From NCBI GenBank assembly GCA_014860585.1, contig JACZJL010000068.1, positions 29,042 to 93,041 on the forward strand: DNA of 64,000 bases, read 5' to 3'. Positions 29,862 through 39,028 of this stretch are shown here, piece by piece (the first letter of the stretch is position 1; every line of letters starts with the position of its first letter). The notes under the pieces are model-generated. The model did not search any database. It had not been told where the DNA came from and was given only the letters and a program-made list of their open reading frames with translations. The position numbers and the translations under genes were made by a program. This DNA comes from Bacteroidales bacterium (lineage in GTDB: Bacteria > Bacteroidota > Bacteroidia > Bacteroidales > 4484-276).

Positions 29862-30799
29862 TTGTTTTTCTGTGTTTTCCCTACCATCAAATCCATAAAA
29901 CAATCTTCGATGTTGGGTTTAATTTCTTTGATTTCCAGATGCTGATGTTTTTTTTGCTCCAGGTATGTTTTCAATTCGCTGAGATCACAATCTTTCGTTT
30001 GAGGGGTAACATGCAAATAATCACCGAACGGATACACTGTGTTGATGTATTCACACTCCTCCAGGTCGCTGATTAATCTGAAAGTCTCATCTGATTTTAC
30101 TGCCAGCAGCCTGTGGTTAAATTGCCCGATCAGATTTTCAGGTGTTTCGATGCCCAGGATTTCTCCATTCTGCATCAATGCGATACGGTCGCAAAGTACA
30201 GCTTCGTCCATGTAGGGCGTAGATACCAGGATTGTTATTCCCTGTTTATTAATCCTGCGAAGCATTTCCCAGAATTCCTTTCTCGAAACAGCATCCACAC
30301 CGGTCGTAGGTTCGTCGAGCAAAAGGACTTCAGGGCGGTGAATAAGGGCGCAACAAAGGGCAAGTTTCTGTTTCATCCCACCAGAAAGCTTTCCTGCCGG
30401 GCGTTTTTTAAAAGGCTCAATTTGGGTGTAAATATCCCTGATCAAGCTGTAATTTTCGCTAATTGATGTGTTGAAAATGGTAGCAAAAAACTCCAGGTTC
30501 TCCTCAACGGATAAATCGGGATATAATGAAAACCTTCCTGGCATGTAACCCACCGACCGCCTGATCTTTTTGTAATCATTCACGCAATCAAACCCGTTTA
30601 AGTTTGCAGTCCCGCTATCGGGTAGTAACAGGGTAACCAATATCCTGAATAAAGTTGTTTTTCCGGCGCCATCCGGACCAATAAGGCCAAATATCTCCCC
30701 TTCTTTCACTTCTAAGGAAATCTCTTTCAGGGCTTTGGTTTGGCCATAAGATTTGCTTAATTGATTTACTGAAATTGTATTCATTGATAATTTTTTCAA
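29858..30799 (-). CDS. ABC transporter ATP-binding protein
   Basis: 313 aa with Walker A (GPDGAGKTT), LSGGMKQK and LLLDEPTTGVD motifs. Confidence 0.8.
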   Translation of the reverse strand: MKKLSMNTISVNQLSKSYGQTKALKEISLEVKEGEIFGLIGPDGAGKTTLFRILVTLLLPDSGTANLNGFDCVNDYKKIRRSVGYMPGRFSLYPDLSVEENLEFFATIFNTSISENYSLIRDIYTQIEPFKKRPAGKLSGGMKQKLALCCALIHRPEVLLLDEPTTGVDAVSRKEFWEMLRRINKQGITILVSTPYMDEAVLCDRIALMQNGEILGIETPENLIGQFNHRLLAVKSDETFRLISDLEECEYINTVYPFGDYLHVTPQTKDCDLSELKTYLEQKKHQHLEIKEIKPNIEDCFMDLMVGKTQKNK

Positions 30800-30831
30800 C
30801 CCTGTTAGGATTCGGACCCTGTCAGGATGAT

Positions 30832-31719
30832 TTAGAAATTAATTTCTCCCGGCATCCCGATTTTCAATGTTCCGTCATTTTTCACCAAAACTTTCACGGC
30901 ATACACCATATTCACACGTTCATCCCTGGTTTGAATAATTTTTGGTGTAAACTCGGCGCTTTCGCTCACCCAACTGACCGTTCCAGATAATATTTTTGTA
31001 TTTTCTTTATCAACATCAACCAACACCTTTACTTGCTGGCCGATTTTAACCTGTGGGATCTGGCTTCCGCTTGCATAAACCTTTAAGGTCATTTCGCGTA
31101 AATCGGCCAATTTGTAAAGCGGTTTGCCAACCACGGCCATTTCATGCGCGTTTACATATTTTGTCAACACCACGCCATCCATCGGGTTGGTAATGATCGA
31201 TTTGCTGATGGATTCCTCAACCTGGGCAATTTGCTTTTGAATAGCGCCTGCCTCGCTTGATATGGATGATTGCTGCGATTTGACCGATTTGATCTGCTTT
31301 TCGATCACATCAATCTGCCCCGAAATATCATCCACCTGCTTTTGAGTAGCCGCACCATCCTGATACATCTTACCGATACGCTCCCGGTCGCGCTGAATAT
31401 TGACTTTTTGTTGTTCATACACTGCAATCTGCGCATCCAGGTTAGAAATCTTTGAAATGATGGCCTCTTTCTGAGCAAAGATCTGAGCTTTTTTTAACGA
31501 AAGGTCAGTGGTATCAATCCAACCGATAATTTGTCCGGCTTTCAGAAAATCGCCCTCATCCATTGCAAATTCCAATATTTCTCCGGTAGCCTGGGCCGAA
31601 ATGGTGATTTCAGTGGCTTCAAAATTTCCGTAAGCGTCCGATGTCCGGTCGCCTTCAGTGCACGAAATTAGCCCTGCAAAGGCGCTCCAGATAATTAGAA
31701 TTAGTTTTCTGTTTTTCAT
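30832..31719 (-). CDS. HlyD-family membrane fusion (periplasmic adaptor) protein
   Basis: 295 aa with a lipoprotein-like N-terminus (LISCTEG), a long coiled-coil region and C-terminal beta-barrel hallmarks. Confidence 0.75.
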   Translation of the reverse strand: MKNRKLILIIWSAFAGLISCTEGDRTSDAYGNFEATEITISAQATGEILEFAMDEGDFLKAGQIIGWIDTTDLSLKKAQIFAQKEAIISKISNLDAQIAVYEQQKVNIQRDRERIGKMYQDGAATQKQVDDISGQIDVIEKQIKSVKSQQSSISSEAGAIQKQIAQVEESISKSIITNPMDGVVLTKYVNAHEMAVVGKPLYKLADLREMTLKVYASGSQIPQVKIGQQVKVLVDVDKENTKILSGTVSWVSESAEFTPKIIQTRDERVNMVYAVKVLVKNDGTLKIGMPGEINF

Positions 31720-31740
31720 TGTTACAAAGTATAATTTGGT

Positions 31741-33033
31741 TTAAAGTTGTCCTATGGTTTTCAGATAATTGATTTTGGACATTGAAAGTTGGATCCGATG
31801 GGTTTCAAGTTCCAACTTCGCCCGGGTTGCTTTGTTGAGTTCTTCAAGGTATTGTGTCGAGGTAATCATCCCGTTGTCGAGCTGGGATGAAGCGGTGGTT
31901 GCAATTTTTTCCCTCAAGATAATCAGGCTTTCATCGTTGGCGATCAGGTTGCTGAACTTTTCAATGGCAGCAAGGTCATCCTCGACCTGGATTTTCACAT
32001 TCAAATCCAACGCTTCCTTTTGTGTTTCAACAATTTCCTGTTGTAAATAAAGTAATTTTTTCTGATTCTCAGGCCGGTTCCAGTTGAAAAGATCCCACGA
32101 TAAGCCGACTCCAACCATGTAATAGCTGTCAAATTCGTTGGAGAGCATGTTGAGACCAGGCTTGCCATAACCCAGTTTCCCAAATCCTGAGAATTTAGGC
32201 ATTTTGCCGGCTGTGACAAGATTTTTGGAGAGTTCGAGTTTATTTTTTTGCAAATCAAGGAGTAGGTATTCAGGGCGCTGATTGACGAATGCCCGGGTAA
32301 TGATCTCAGGTTCTGGAAGCACGAGAAATGTGGTTGAAGGCAATTCCAGATCGAGCAATTCACCGAGCATCCTGAACGTTCCACGGGTTTCAGCATCAAT
32401 CTCAATGATGCTTTGGTCGATCTGGAGGATTTGCGCCTCCAGGACATCAGCACTCATCTGCAAAATCATCCCATTTTCTATTCCTGAAGCAAGTTCCCTG
32501 AGCTTCTCCTCCACCGTTTGCTTGTTAATCAACAGTGCTTCTTTACTTTTCTGGAACAGGAGGATTTTAAAGAACAGCCCATTTACCCGCTCCTTTACTT
32601 TGTAAAGTTCTACCTCAACCTGCTGCTGGTTGATTTGCAGGTCAGCACTTTCAAGGTTTTTCAGTTCGCGGGTTATGCCTCCATCCCAGATCAGCTGATT
32701 CAACCCGAGTTGCAGGTCAAAAACATCTTTGTCCGGCGAAGGAAAACTAAATCCGGGCAACCTGACCGGTACTTCAGTAACATCCGACTGGTAACTAGCC
32801 CTCCCGTCAATCCTGAACTGAGGCAGGTAATCTTTGTCCGAATTTTCATTTTTTAATGCTGTAGATTCGGCAAATAATTGCTTTTGTTTCATGATAGGGT
32901 AATTCTCTACTGCACGCCGGTGGCAATACTCAAGGATGAGCGTGTCCGGCGTTCCAGCCTCAAGCCCGGACGCAGTCAGCAGGCTAAGTGTCGCGAGTAA
33001 CAATATTTTTAGATTATTCATGGTTAGCTGCAT
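31741..33033 (-). CDS. TolC-family outer membrane efflux protein
   Basis: 430 aa with a signal peptide and the two-repeat alpha-helical/beta-barrel TolC architecture. Confidence 0.75.
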   Translation of the reverse strand: MQLTMNNLKILLLATLSLLTASGLEAGTPDTLILEYCHRRAVENYPIMKQKQLFAESTALKNENSDKDYLPQFRIDGRASYQSDVTEVPVRLPGFSFPSPDKDVFDLQLGLNQLIWDGGITRELKNLESADLQINQQQVEVELYKVKERVNGLFFKILLFQKSKEALLINKQTVEEKLRELASGIENGMILQMSADVLEAQILQIDQSIIEIDAETRGTFRMLGELLDLELPSTTFLVLPEPEIITRAFVNQRPEYLLLDLQKNKLELSKNLVTAGKMPKFSGFGKLGYGKPGLNMLSNEFDSYYMVGVGLSWDLFNWNRPENQKKLLYLQQEIVETQKEALDLNVKIQVEDDLAAIEKFSNLIANDESLIILREKIATTASSQLDNGMITSTQYLEELNKATRAKLELETHRIQLSMSKINYLKTIGQL

Positions 33034-33651
33034 TTATGGTTTTTCGATTAAAATTGCGCTTTTGATAAAGTTAAAAACATCCGTTTTGCGCTGCTCAAGA
33101 AAACGTTCATAGGCTGTCCGGTCATTTTGAAAAACCACGGCATTCATGATTGGGCGGGCAACAAAAGGAAAAATACACAATGCAAACGTGTTGATCAAAA
33201 TTTGCCTGGGATCAAAAGGTTTGAGTAAACCATTTTGGATTTCCTGTTGAATTTGTGCTAAAAAATCCGGAATCCTGTTTAGCCTGTTTGACAACAAATC
33301 GGCCAGTCGCTGAGGATTTTGCGAAAGCTCGTGCAGCACAAAGCCCGGTAAATATGGATTCTCGATAATAATACCAATGTAGTTATGGACAAAAATTTCC
33401 AGCTTTTGAAGGAATGGCAGTTCAGAGCTGATGAGCAATTCGACCTGAGGCATGAATTTCTGAAATGCTTCCAGAAATACAGACTGGAACAGTTGGTCTT
33501 TACTTCGGAAATAATAGTGCAGCAAAGCCTTATTAATTCCGGCTTCATCGGCTATTTCCTGCATCCTGGCGCCAGTCATGCCTTTCTCAATAAAAACCTT
33601 TCGGGCTGACTGCAGGATTAATTGTTCCGCATTTTGTGGGCTTTCTGTCAT
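33034..33651 (-). CDS. TetR/AcrR family transcriptional regulator
   Basis: 205 aa with an N-terminal HTH (ARKVFIEKGMTGARMQEIADEAGINKALLHYYFRSKDQLF). It is the first gene of the efflux operon. Confidence 0.8.
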   Translation of the reverse strand: MTESPQNAEQLILQSARKVFIEKGMTGARMQEIADEAGINKALLHYYFRSKDQLFQSVFLEAFQKFMPQVELLISSELPFLQKLEIFVHNYIGIIIENPYLPGFVLHELSQNPQRLADLLSNRLNRIPDFLAQIQQEIQNGLLKPFDPRQILINTFALCIFPFVARPIMNAVVFQNDRTAYERFLEQRKTDVFNFIKSAILIEKP

Positions 33652-33688
33652 TGTTTGTATAAAAAAAATTTAATTTTAACTATTTAGT

Positions 33689-33704
33689 TTAACCAAACGG
33701 TTAA
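33689..33704. promoter_or_regulatory. candidate TetR operator palindrome TTAACC-aaac-GGTTAA
   Basis: A perfect 6-bp inverted repeat with a 4-bp spacer lies about 40 bp upstream of the TetR start codon, in an AT-rich promoter region. Confidence 0.3.
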
Positions 33705-33740
33705 TTATGATAAAAAGTTTATGAATCCGAAAAATTTTTA

Positions 33741-33776
33741 CAAAAAAAATCCGGAGCACACCCTGATGCGCTCCGG
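33741..33776 (-). terminator. rho-independent terminator (minus-strand sense) ending the T9SS BNR-protein transcript
   Basis: On the minus strand, the stem CCGGAGC...GCTCCGG is followed by UUUUUUUUG, the reverse complement of caaaaaaaa at 33741-33749. Confidence 0.55.
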
Positions 33777-33791
33777 ATTAATAGCAATGGT

Positions 33792-33948
33792 TAATCAGCG
33801 GTAGCAAGAAAACGCCCATATGTTGAAAATCAATGAATGCCCCAACCCTAAAGGGAGCATTGATTTTCAACGATTTACTCCCTTTAGGGTGGGGTAAATA
33901 AATCGTTGAAAATCAAATTCAGGGTGTTTTCTTGCTGATACTAATCAG
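33792..33948. repeat. about 160-bp highly structured element with interleaved inverted repeats (A-B-A'-B'-A arrangement inside a 14-bp outer stem, flanked by TAATCAGC direct repeats)
   Basis: The outer stem is GCAAGAAAACGCCC (33804-33817) against GGGTGTTTTCTTGC (33921-33934). Inner repeats are GTTGAAAATCAATG (33822-33835), CATTGATTTTCAACG (33858-33872) and CGTTGAAAATCAAA (33904-33917). Two further repeats, CCCCAACCCTAAAGGGAG (33840-33857) and CTCCCTTTAGGGTGGGG (33880-33896), sit between them. TAATCAGC occurs at 33792-33799 and 33941-33948. The element lies in the 3' UTR of the T9SS gene, upstream of its terminator. Confidence 0.4.
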
Positions 33949-33952
33949 CAGG

Positions 33953-35932
33953 TTATTTCACACTTAATTTCTTTGAAATTACCTTATCATCAATGCTGAC
34001 ACTGTAAATGTATATTCCGGTGTTGAGGCCGGCAGTATTGAGGCGCAGTTGATGTTTACCAGCATGCACGCTTTGGGGTTCCGCTTTACGGACTACCTGC
34101 CCGATCAGATTGGAAATTTCGACATGAATGGTAACAGCCTTTTCGGTTTTAACATCAATGTAAGTGTGTCCCTGGCATGGATTAGGATAATTTTGAGATA
34201 CACTGAAGCTGAATGTTTCCATCTCTTCCTGTCCCTGAATTAATCCCAGGTCGGTATCAGTAAGAATAAAATCGTCAACAAACCAAAACTGTACAGGATT
34301 GATCAGATCGAGCGGGTCGATTTGTTGATAAACGAATGGAATCTTGTAGCTTCCGTTACCTAAATCCAGCACATATTTTGACCCTGCAGCCATAAACGAA
34401 TTGTACCATGCAGCCGAAAACTGCGTAACCACGTAAGTATCGGAGTAAGTGTTGTTGATTACATCGTAACCCACGCAGTAGATATCCGGCTGGTCATTAT
34501 CACCATAGTTTTCGATATTTGTATCTATCCATGAGAAAAACATTTTTGTACCATCAGGTGTCGAGGCGATAAAGGGGCGGTTGTCCTCAGCAACCGGATC
34601 CGTCATACCAGTGTAGTTAAACTCTCCACGGAAGTTTTCCATTAATCCAAGATTATTGGCCAGCCATGTTTCACCACCATCCGGTGAAAAGGCGTGGATC
34701 ATAGCCACAGTGCCATCACATCCGGTAGAACCTGTGAACCCGGTTATAATGGTCCATTCCTGACTTCCAACTCCAACAGTAAACATCAGATGTGGGTTTC
34801 CGGAAAAGTCAACACTGAGGCCAAGCTCAAAGCCAGAGGTAAATGGAATGTCTTCTCTTTCCGGAGTATTGGGCGCAGGGAAAAGGGTTTCGATCAGTTC
34901 GTCGGTAAGGTACTCAAGAACTACCGGCAAACCGTCAACACCTCCAAGTTGAACATTGTAGGGTCCATCCCAGAATTGCCCGCCATCTATGGTTTTGTAA
35001 AGAATCGGGTGATAGCATCCATCGGATTCAACCGAATTTTCGCCATTATTGGAGAGATAGGCAATATAACCCGTTAGTCCGTCAGGAGCGAAGGCGACCT
35101 TACAATCAGCAACACCGGCCTCCGCACCGCTTATCGGACTTATACCGCCTGCCGGCATGAACTCCAGGTAACGATCCATTTCAAAATCACCAATCTCAGG
35201 ATTAAAGTACCCTTTGGTGATGATCATATTGTCTTCATATGGAAGCGCAACTCCATTGTTGGTTGGGTCAACACAAATGGCTAATCCCTGGCTGGTAATT
35301 GTATAAGCTTCGGGGACTCCCTGCAACCATTCCGGAGTAGCAGCCACATTGTGTTGGGTAGGAGGTTCTGCGGTAGTAAATTGATGTACACCGTAACCAT
35401 AACCACCCCAGGTTCCGTTGTTTGAGCCATCAAGCACAGCGGCAAAATAGCTGAAATAAGCATTGGTGGGTTCTGTATTACCTGCAGGGTTGTAAAGAGC
35501 CCCCATAGGATAGCGGCCGTTAAAAGTTGCTGATGGGGCCTCATAAACCTGCACATTGTTGGTCCAGTTGGCTCCTCCGTCAACCGAATAATCGTAGGCA
35601 AGGAATCCACTACCAGGCCCGTTGGGCGGGACATTCATCCTGTGAACAAACGAAATGGCATTGATTGCCGGGTCAGCCCAAATATACTGGCGGACACCTA
35701 AAAAACCAAAACCATTACCGGATGTACCCAGCTGACGAAGCACGATAGCCCGCTCGCCTCCTGGATATTGCGACTGAATTGGTTTGGGAACCGGAGCGTT
35801 ACTGGTTTGTTCAGTGTAAATCCTGTTTGGTTCTTTACACACTTTAAGGCCATCCCTGAATTGAATGGTCTGTTGCCCGAATATCAACACTGATAATGCA
35901 AGGCCAAATGTCAGAAGTAATGCTTTTTTCAT
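33953..35932 (-). CDS. secreted BNR/Asp-box repeat protein (sialidase-like beta-propeller) with a T9SS C-terminal sorting domain
   Basis: 659 aa with a signal peptide and Asp-box motifs (SVDGGANWT, TIDGGQFWD, SPDGGETWL). The C-terminal ~80 aa form an Ig-like T9SS CTD (TIHVEISNLIGQVV...GIYIYSVSIDDKVISKKLSVK). Confidence 0.7.
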   Translation of the reverse strand: MKKALLLTFGLALSVLIFGQQTIQFRDGLKVCKEPNRIYTEQTSNAPVPKPIQSQYPGGERAIVLRQLGTSGNGFGFLGVRQYIWADPAINAISFVHRMNVPPNGPGSGFLAYDYSVDGGANWTNNVQVYEAPSATFNGRYPMGALYNPAGNTEPTNAYFSYFAAVLDGSNNGTWGGYGYGVHQFTTAEPPTQHNVAATPEWLQGVPEAYTITSQGLAICVDPTNNGVALPYEDNMIITKGYFNPEIGDFEMDRYLEFMPAGGISPISGAEAGVADCKVAFAPDGLTGYIAYLSNNGENSVESDGCYHPILYKTIDGGQFWDGPYNVQLGGVDGLPVVLEYLTDELIETLFPAPNTPEREDIPFTSGFELGLSVDFSGNPHLMFTVGVGSQEWTIITGFTGSTGCDGTVAMIHAFSPDGGETWLANNLGLMENFRGEFNYTGMTDPVAEDNRPFIASTPDGTKMFFSWIDTNIENYGDNDQPDIYCVGYDVINNTYSDTYVVTQFSAAWYNSFMAAGSKYVLDLGNGSYKIPFVYQQIDPLDLINPVQFWFVDDFILTDTDLGLIQGQEEMETFSFSVSQNYPNPCQGHTYIDVKTEKAVTIHVEISNLIGQVVRKAEPQSVHAGKHQLRLNTAGLNTGIYIYSVSIDDKVISKKLSVK

Positions 35933-36022
35933 AGTACTGCTGTATTAGTTAGTGATTAAAATGACTGTGTAAAAATACATTTTTTTAAAACCACAAAATA
36001 TTTTCAGTATTTTTTCAATAAG

Positions 36023-37618
36023 TTATTCCTCAAGTAAATCTGCAGGCTGGTTAAAACAATTTCTCAATCTGTAAATGAAAAAATTCTGCACATGGCGGTT
36101 TCGTTTATACATTGGGACGATAACCGGTTCTTCTATCTCCCTGAAATATTCTGCAAGAAGGGGATTTGGGTCTTTAAAGTCGCGGCTGTTGGTAATATAG
36201 TAGGCATCTGAGCCGGGGAAAAGGCCAGGTCGTTCCCGGTTAATCCAGGCATATTTATGAAGGTTTTTTAAATCCCCGATTGCAATGAGGTTTTGACCGG
36301 TATGCCGGGCAACGTAATAATCGAGGTGCGCCCCAGGAAACCAGCGAGTGATAATAACAGGAGCAACATCAGCCATTCTTCCATGCGAAATATCTTCATC
36401 GCGCAATTGACTGAACTTCTCTCTAAAATCCTTCCATTCTGACATATCGAGGGTGACATCATGCCTACCCAGTCGCTTTGGATCATCTGCCGGTGGTTGA
36501 CCGATAATTCCCAATTTAATTTCAAACGCTCCTATCGTTAGTCCAACCAACAGCAATCCGATACTGATTTTAATAAGTTTGGGTAAAAGATTTAACCTCT
36601 CCTTTTGCATATCGGCGAAAAAAACACCGGCAATCAACATTAATCCCAGGTAACCCGGCCCGCTCCAATGGGGCAACGTTTGCCTGAAAAGGGCAAAAAA
36701 TAGAAACAGCCCAATCAGGGGGATTGACGATAAGAATAATATTTTCCTGTAGTCAGGGTTTAAAGAAAATCTCTTTTTAAACAGAGCAATTAGTGCAATG
36801 ATAATGATGATAAAATTTACCGGGTTATTGTACAAAATCTGACCGAACAATTCAGTGATAAAAAAATCTGGTCGCAGCCCTGATTCAAAAAGGCTAACCC
36901 GCTCTCCGTGAAAGGTAAAACTGATGAAATTGTATTGAAAATTCCACCAGATCACCGGCGAAAAAATTACCAACGAAATCATCGCTGCAGCATACAGTTC
37001 AAATGTTTTCAGCCAGTTCCGGTTGTAAAATAAAATAAATAGCCCTGCTGCCAGCCACAAAAACGCGGAAGTGTATTTCGACAACATGGCCAGCCCAATC
37101 ACAACTCCGGCAACCAACATGAGTCTGCGACTTTTTGCTTGGATTTCCCTGTCGGGCAGAATGGTTACAAGGAGTAAAAGGCTGATCAGCCAGAAAAAAA
37201 CCTGTGGTGTGTCGGGCATGATAAAAATCCCGACAATCACAAAACAATAGATCGATGTGTTATAGAGAATGGCTGCATAAAGTCCTGCCAGACTATTTTT
37301 TATTCTTCTACCGATCAAAAAAATCAACCAGGTGTTTACCCCGCCAAGCAAAACCGAACTTAACCGGAGGAAAAATTCATGATCCAGCAACAAGTTCAGG
37401 GTTGTAAGCTGAATGAAAATTCCGATCATTGGTGGATGGTCGAAATGGCTCAGATCAGGGTAAAGCGCGTAAGTCCAGTAGTACACTTCGTCGTTCCCCA
37501 ATTCAAGAAAAAAAGCCAGAAATCCACGGATCAGCAGCGACATGATAATGATTATCCGGAGGTACCCAATGTATCCTCTTTCAATGTGACTATTGGGAAT
37601 GGCTGGCTGGTTGAGCAT
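36023..37618 (-). CDS. glycosyltransferase family 39/83-like (ArnT/PMT-type) integral membrane protein
   Basis: 531 aa with about 11 TMs. The N-terminal motif (LGNDEVYYWTYALYPDLSHFDHPPM) is typical of ArnT/PMT lipid-linked sugar transferases. Confidence 0.6.
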   Translation of the reverse strand: MLNQPAIPNSHIERGYIGYLRIIIIMSLLIRGFLAFFLELGNDEVYYWTYALYPDLSHFDHPPMIGIFIQLTTLNLLLDHEFFLRLSSVLLGGVNTWLIFLIGRRIKNSLAGLYAAILYNTSIYCFVIVGIFIMPDTPQVFFWLISLLLLVTILPDREIQAKSRRLMLVAGVVIGLAMLSKYTSAFLWLAAGLFILFYNRNWLKTFELYAAAMISLVIFSPVIWWNFQYNFISFTFHGERVSLFESGLRPDFFITELFGQILYNNPVNFIIIIIALIALFKKRFSLNPDYRKILFLSSIPLIGLFLFFALFRQTLPHWSGPGYLGLMLIAGVFFADMQKERLNLLPKLIKISIGLLLVGLTIGAFEIKLGIIGQPPADDPKRLGRHDVTLDMSEWKDFREKFSQLRDEDISHGRMADVAPVIITRWFPGAHLDYYVARHTGQNLIAIGDLKNLHKYAWINRERPGLFPGSDAYYITNSRDFKDPNPLLAEYFREIEEPVIVPMYKRNRHVQNFFIYRLRNCFNQPADLLEE

Positions 37619-37629
37619 TGTTGTTACCT

Positions 37630-37953
37630 TTAATCAATGTAAGTTTCTTTCAAAACGGATTTTACTTTCCTAATCTCGTTTTGAGTCAAAGTTCCCTTCA
37701 CTTGAATTATACGCTGCTTGTCAATCGTCCTTATTTGGTCAACGACAATCCAGCCAGTCAAATTTTCATGATTTACTTCTATCCGTGTCGGGTAATTTTT
37801 TGAAGTAGTCGCCATTGGCGCAACAACAATAGTTTGAAGGTGCCTATTCATTTCATCAGGCGAAATAATTACACAGGGTCTTGTTTTTCTTATTTCACTT
37901 CCAATTGTCGGGTCAAGGTTGACCAATACAATTTGATATTGATTTAGTTCCAT
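37630..37953 (-). CDS. mazF: type II toxin, MazF/PemK family mRNA interferase
   Basis: 107 aa (QYQIVLVNLDPTIGSEIRKTRPCVIISPDEMN...VAPMTT). Its 10-nt overlap with the upstream antitoxin is the classic arrangement. Confidence 0.75.
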   Translation of the reverse strand: MELNQYQIVLVNLDPTIGSEIRKTRPCVIISPDEMNRHLQTIVVAPMATTSKNYPTRIEVNHENLTGWIVVDQIRTIDKQRIIQVKGTLTQNEIRKVKSVLKETYID

Positions 37954-38189
37954 TCTTCAGGGTTTTCATCTTCAAATACATCATCGAACAAAAGTTTATC
38001 ATCACCTGCGGCATGCATTTCCTTAAATGCTTTATCCCACCCTTTTCTTGGTGCTGTCAAAGGTTTGATAATTATCTGACCTTTTTCAAGTATCAATTCA
38101 ACTTTGTCTTTGATATTATATTTCTCAAGAAGTGCCTTACTCAGCCTGAAGCCGCGCGAATTACCGATTTTGATTACAGAAACTTCCAT
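37944..38189 (-). CDS. mazE: type II antitoxin, MazE/AbrB (SpoVT-AbrB) family
   Basis: 81 aa with a SpoVT/AbrB swapped-hairpin N-terminus (VIKIGNSRGFRLSKALLEKYNI) and an acidic C-terminal tail (FDDVFEDENPEEWN). Confidence 0.7.
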   Translation of the reverse strand: MEVSVIKIGNSRGFRLSKALLEKYNIKDKVELILEKGQIIIKPLTAPRKGWDKAFKEMHAAGDDKLLFDDVFEDENPEEWN

Positions 38190-38362
38190 TTTACTAACTT
38201 TTAATGTAGGTACAAAGTTACTACATTTAATGAATGCCAGACATAAAAAGAAAAGTTGTGGTATTTCCGTAAAGAGATCCCAAACCCAAAAATTATAAAA
38301 GCTTTTTCTATTCGCAACTCATTATGAAATTCGCTCTTTCATAAAAGTTAATAAACAGTAGA

Positions 38363-39028
38363 TCAATTGAAAGGCAAGACAATAAAAACCAGGATATCCC
38401 AAACGGTGTGGCTTACGATATTTATGATCATTGAATGGTGTTTTTTGTAAAGCCAACCCCAGAAGAGCCCGCAGGTGAGAGCGGCGAGTACCAACACCAG
38501 GTTTCCGGTAAAAAGATGAACAGCGGTGTAAAGAAACGTTGCCACTAAAAATCCGGGATTTACCCCGAAATTCATTTGCAATCTTCGCTGCAGGAATCCT
38601 CGCCAGAAAAGCTCCTCGCCAGGGCCAATAATAACCAACATCAAAATTACGATCCGCCAATCCGGAGCTTCCTGTTTGAACCCATAAACCTGGTTAATCC
38701 CTTCGCCGGCACTATCAAGAACAATACGGAGTGCAATATTCCCTAAGTAAAAGACAACAAACAACAGCGCGGCAAAGGCAAGCCCCATCAGCATTTTTTT
38801 TAGCGGGGAAGTCTTAAAATCAAATTGTAGAAGCCTCAGGTTTTCATTATCCAATAAGAAAACGATAGAGAGGATGACTACAAGATTTGTACTCATCCAA
38901 TACCAAAAATCAAATGCCCCGGCCTGCCTGATAACAAACATAACCGAGAACATCACCACCGCAAGCAGGGTAATGATCAAAGTCAGCCGATCATTTAGGC
39001 GGTGATTGATATCGGGACTTGGGATCAT
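38363..39028 (-). CDS. CPBP family intramembrane glutamic endopeptidase (CAAX protease/Abi family)
   Basis: 221 aa with multiple TMs and the motifs EELFWRGFLQ ... FLYTAVHL ... HTVWD. Confidence 0.7.
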   Translation of the reverse strand: MIPSPDINHRLNDRLTLIITLLAVVMFSVMFVIRQAGAFDFWYWMSTNLVVILSIVFLLDNENLRLLQFDFKTSPLKKMLMGLAFAALLFVVFYLGNIALRIVLDSAGEGINQVYGFKQEAPDWRIVILMLVIIGPGEELFWRGFLQRRLQMNFGVNPGFLVATFLYTAVHLFTGNLVLVLAALTCGLFWGWLYKKHHSMIINIVSHTVWDILVFIVLPFN

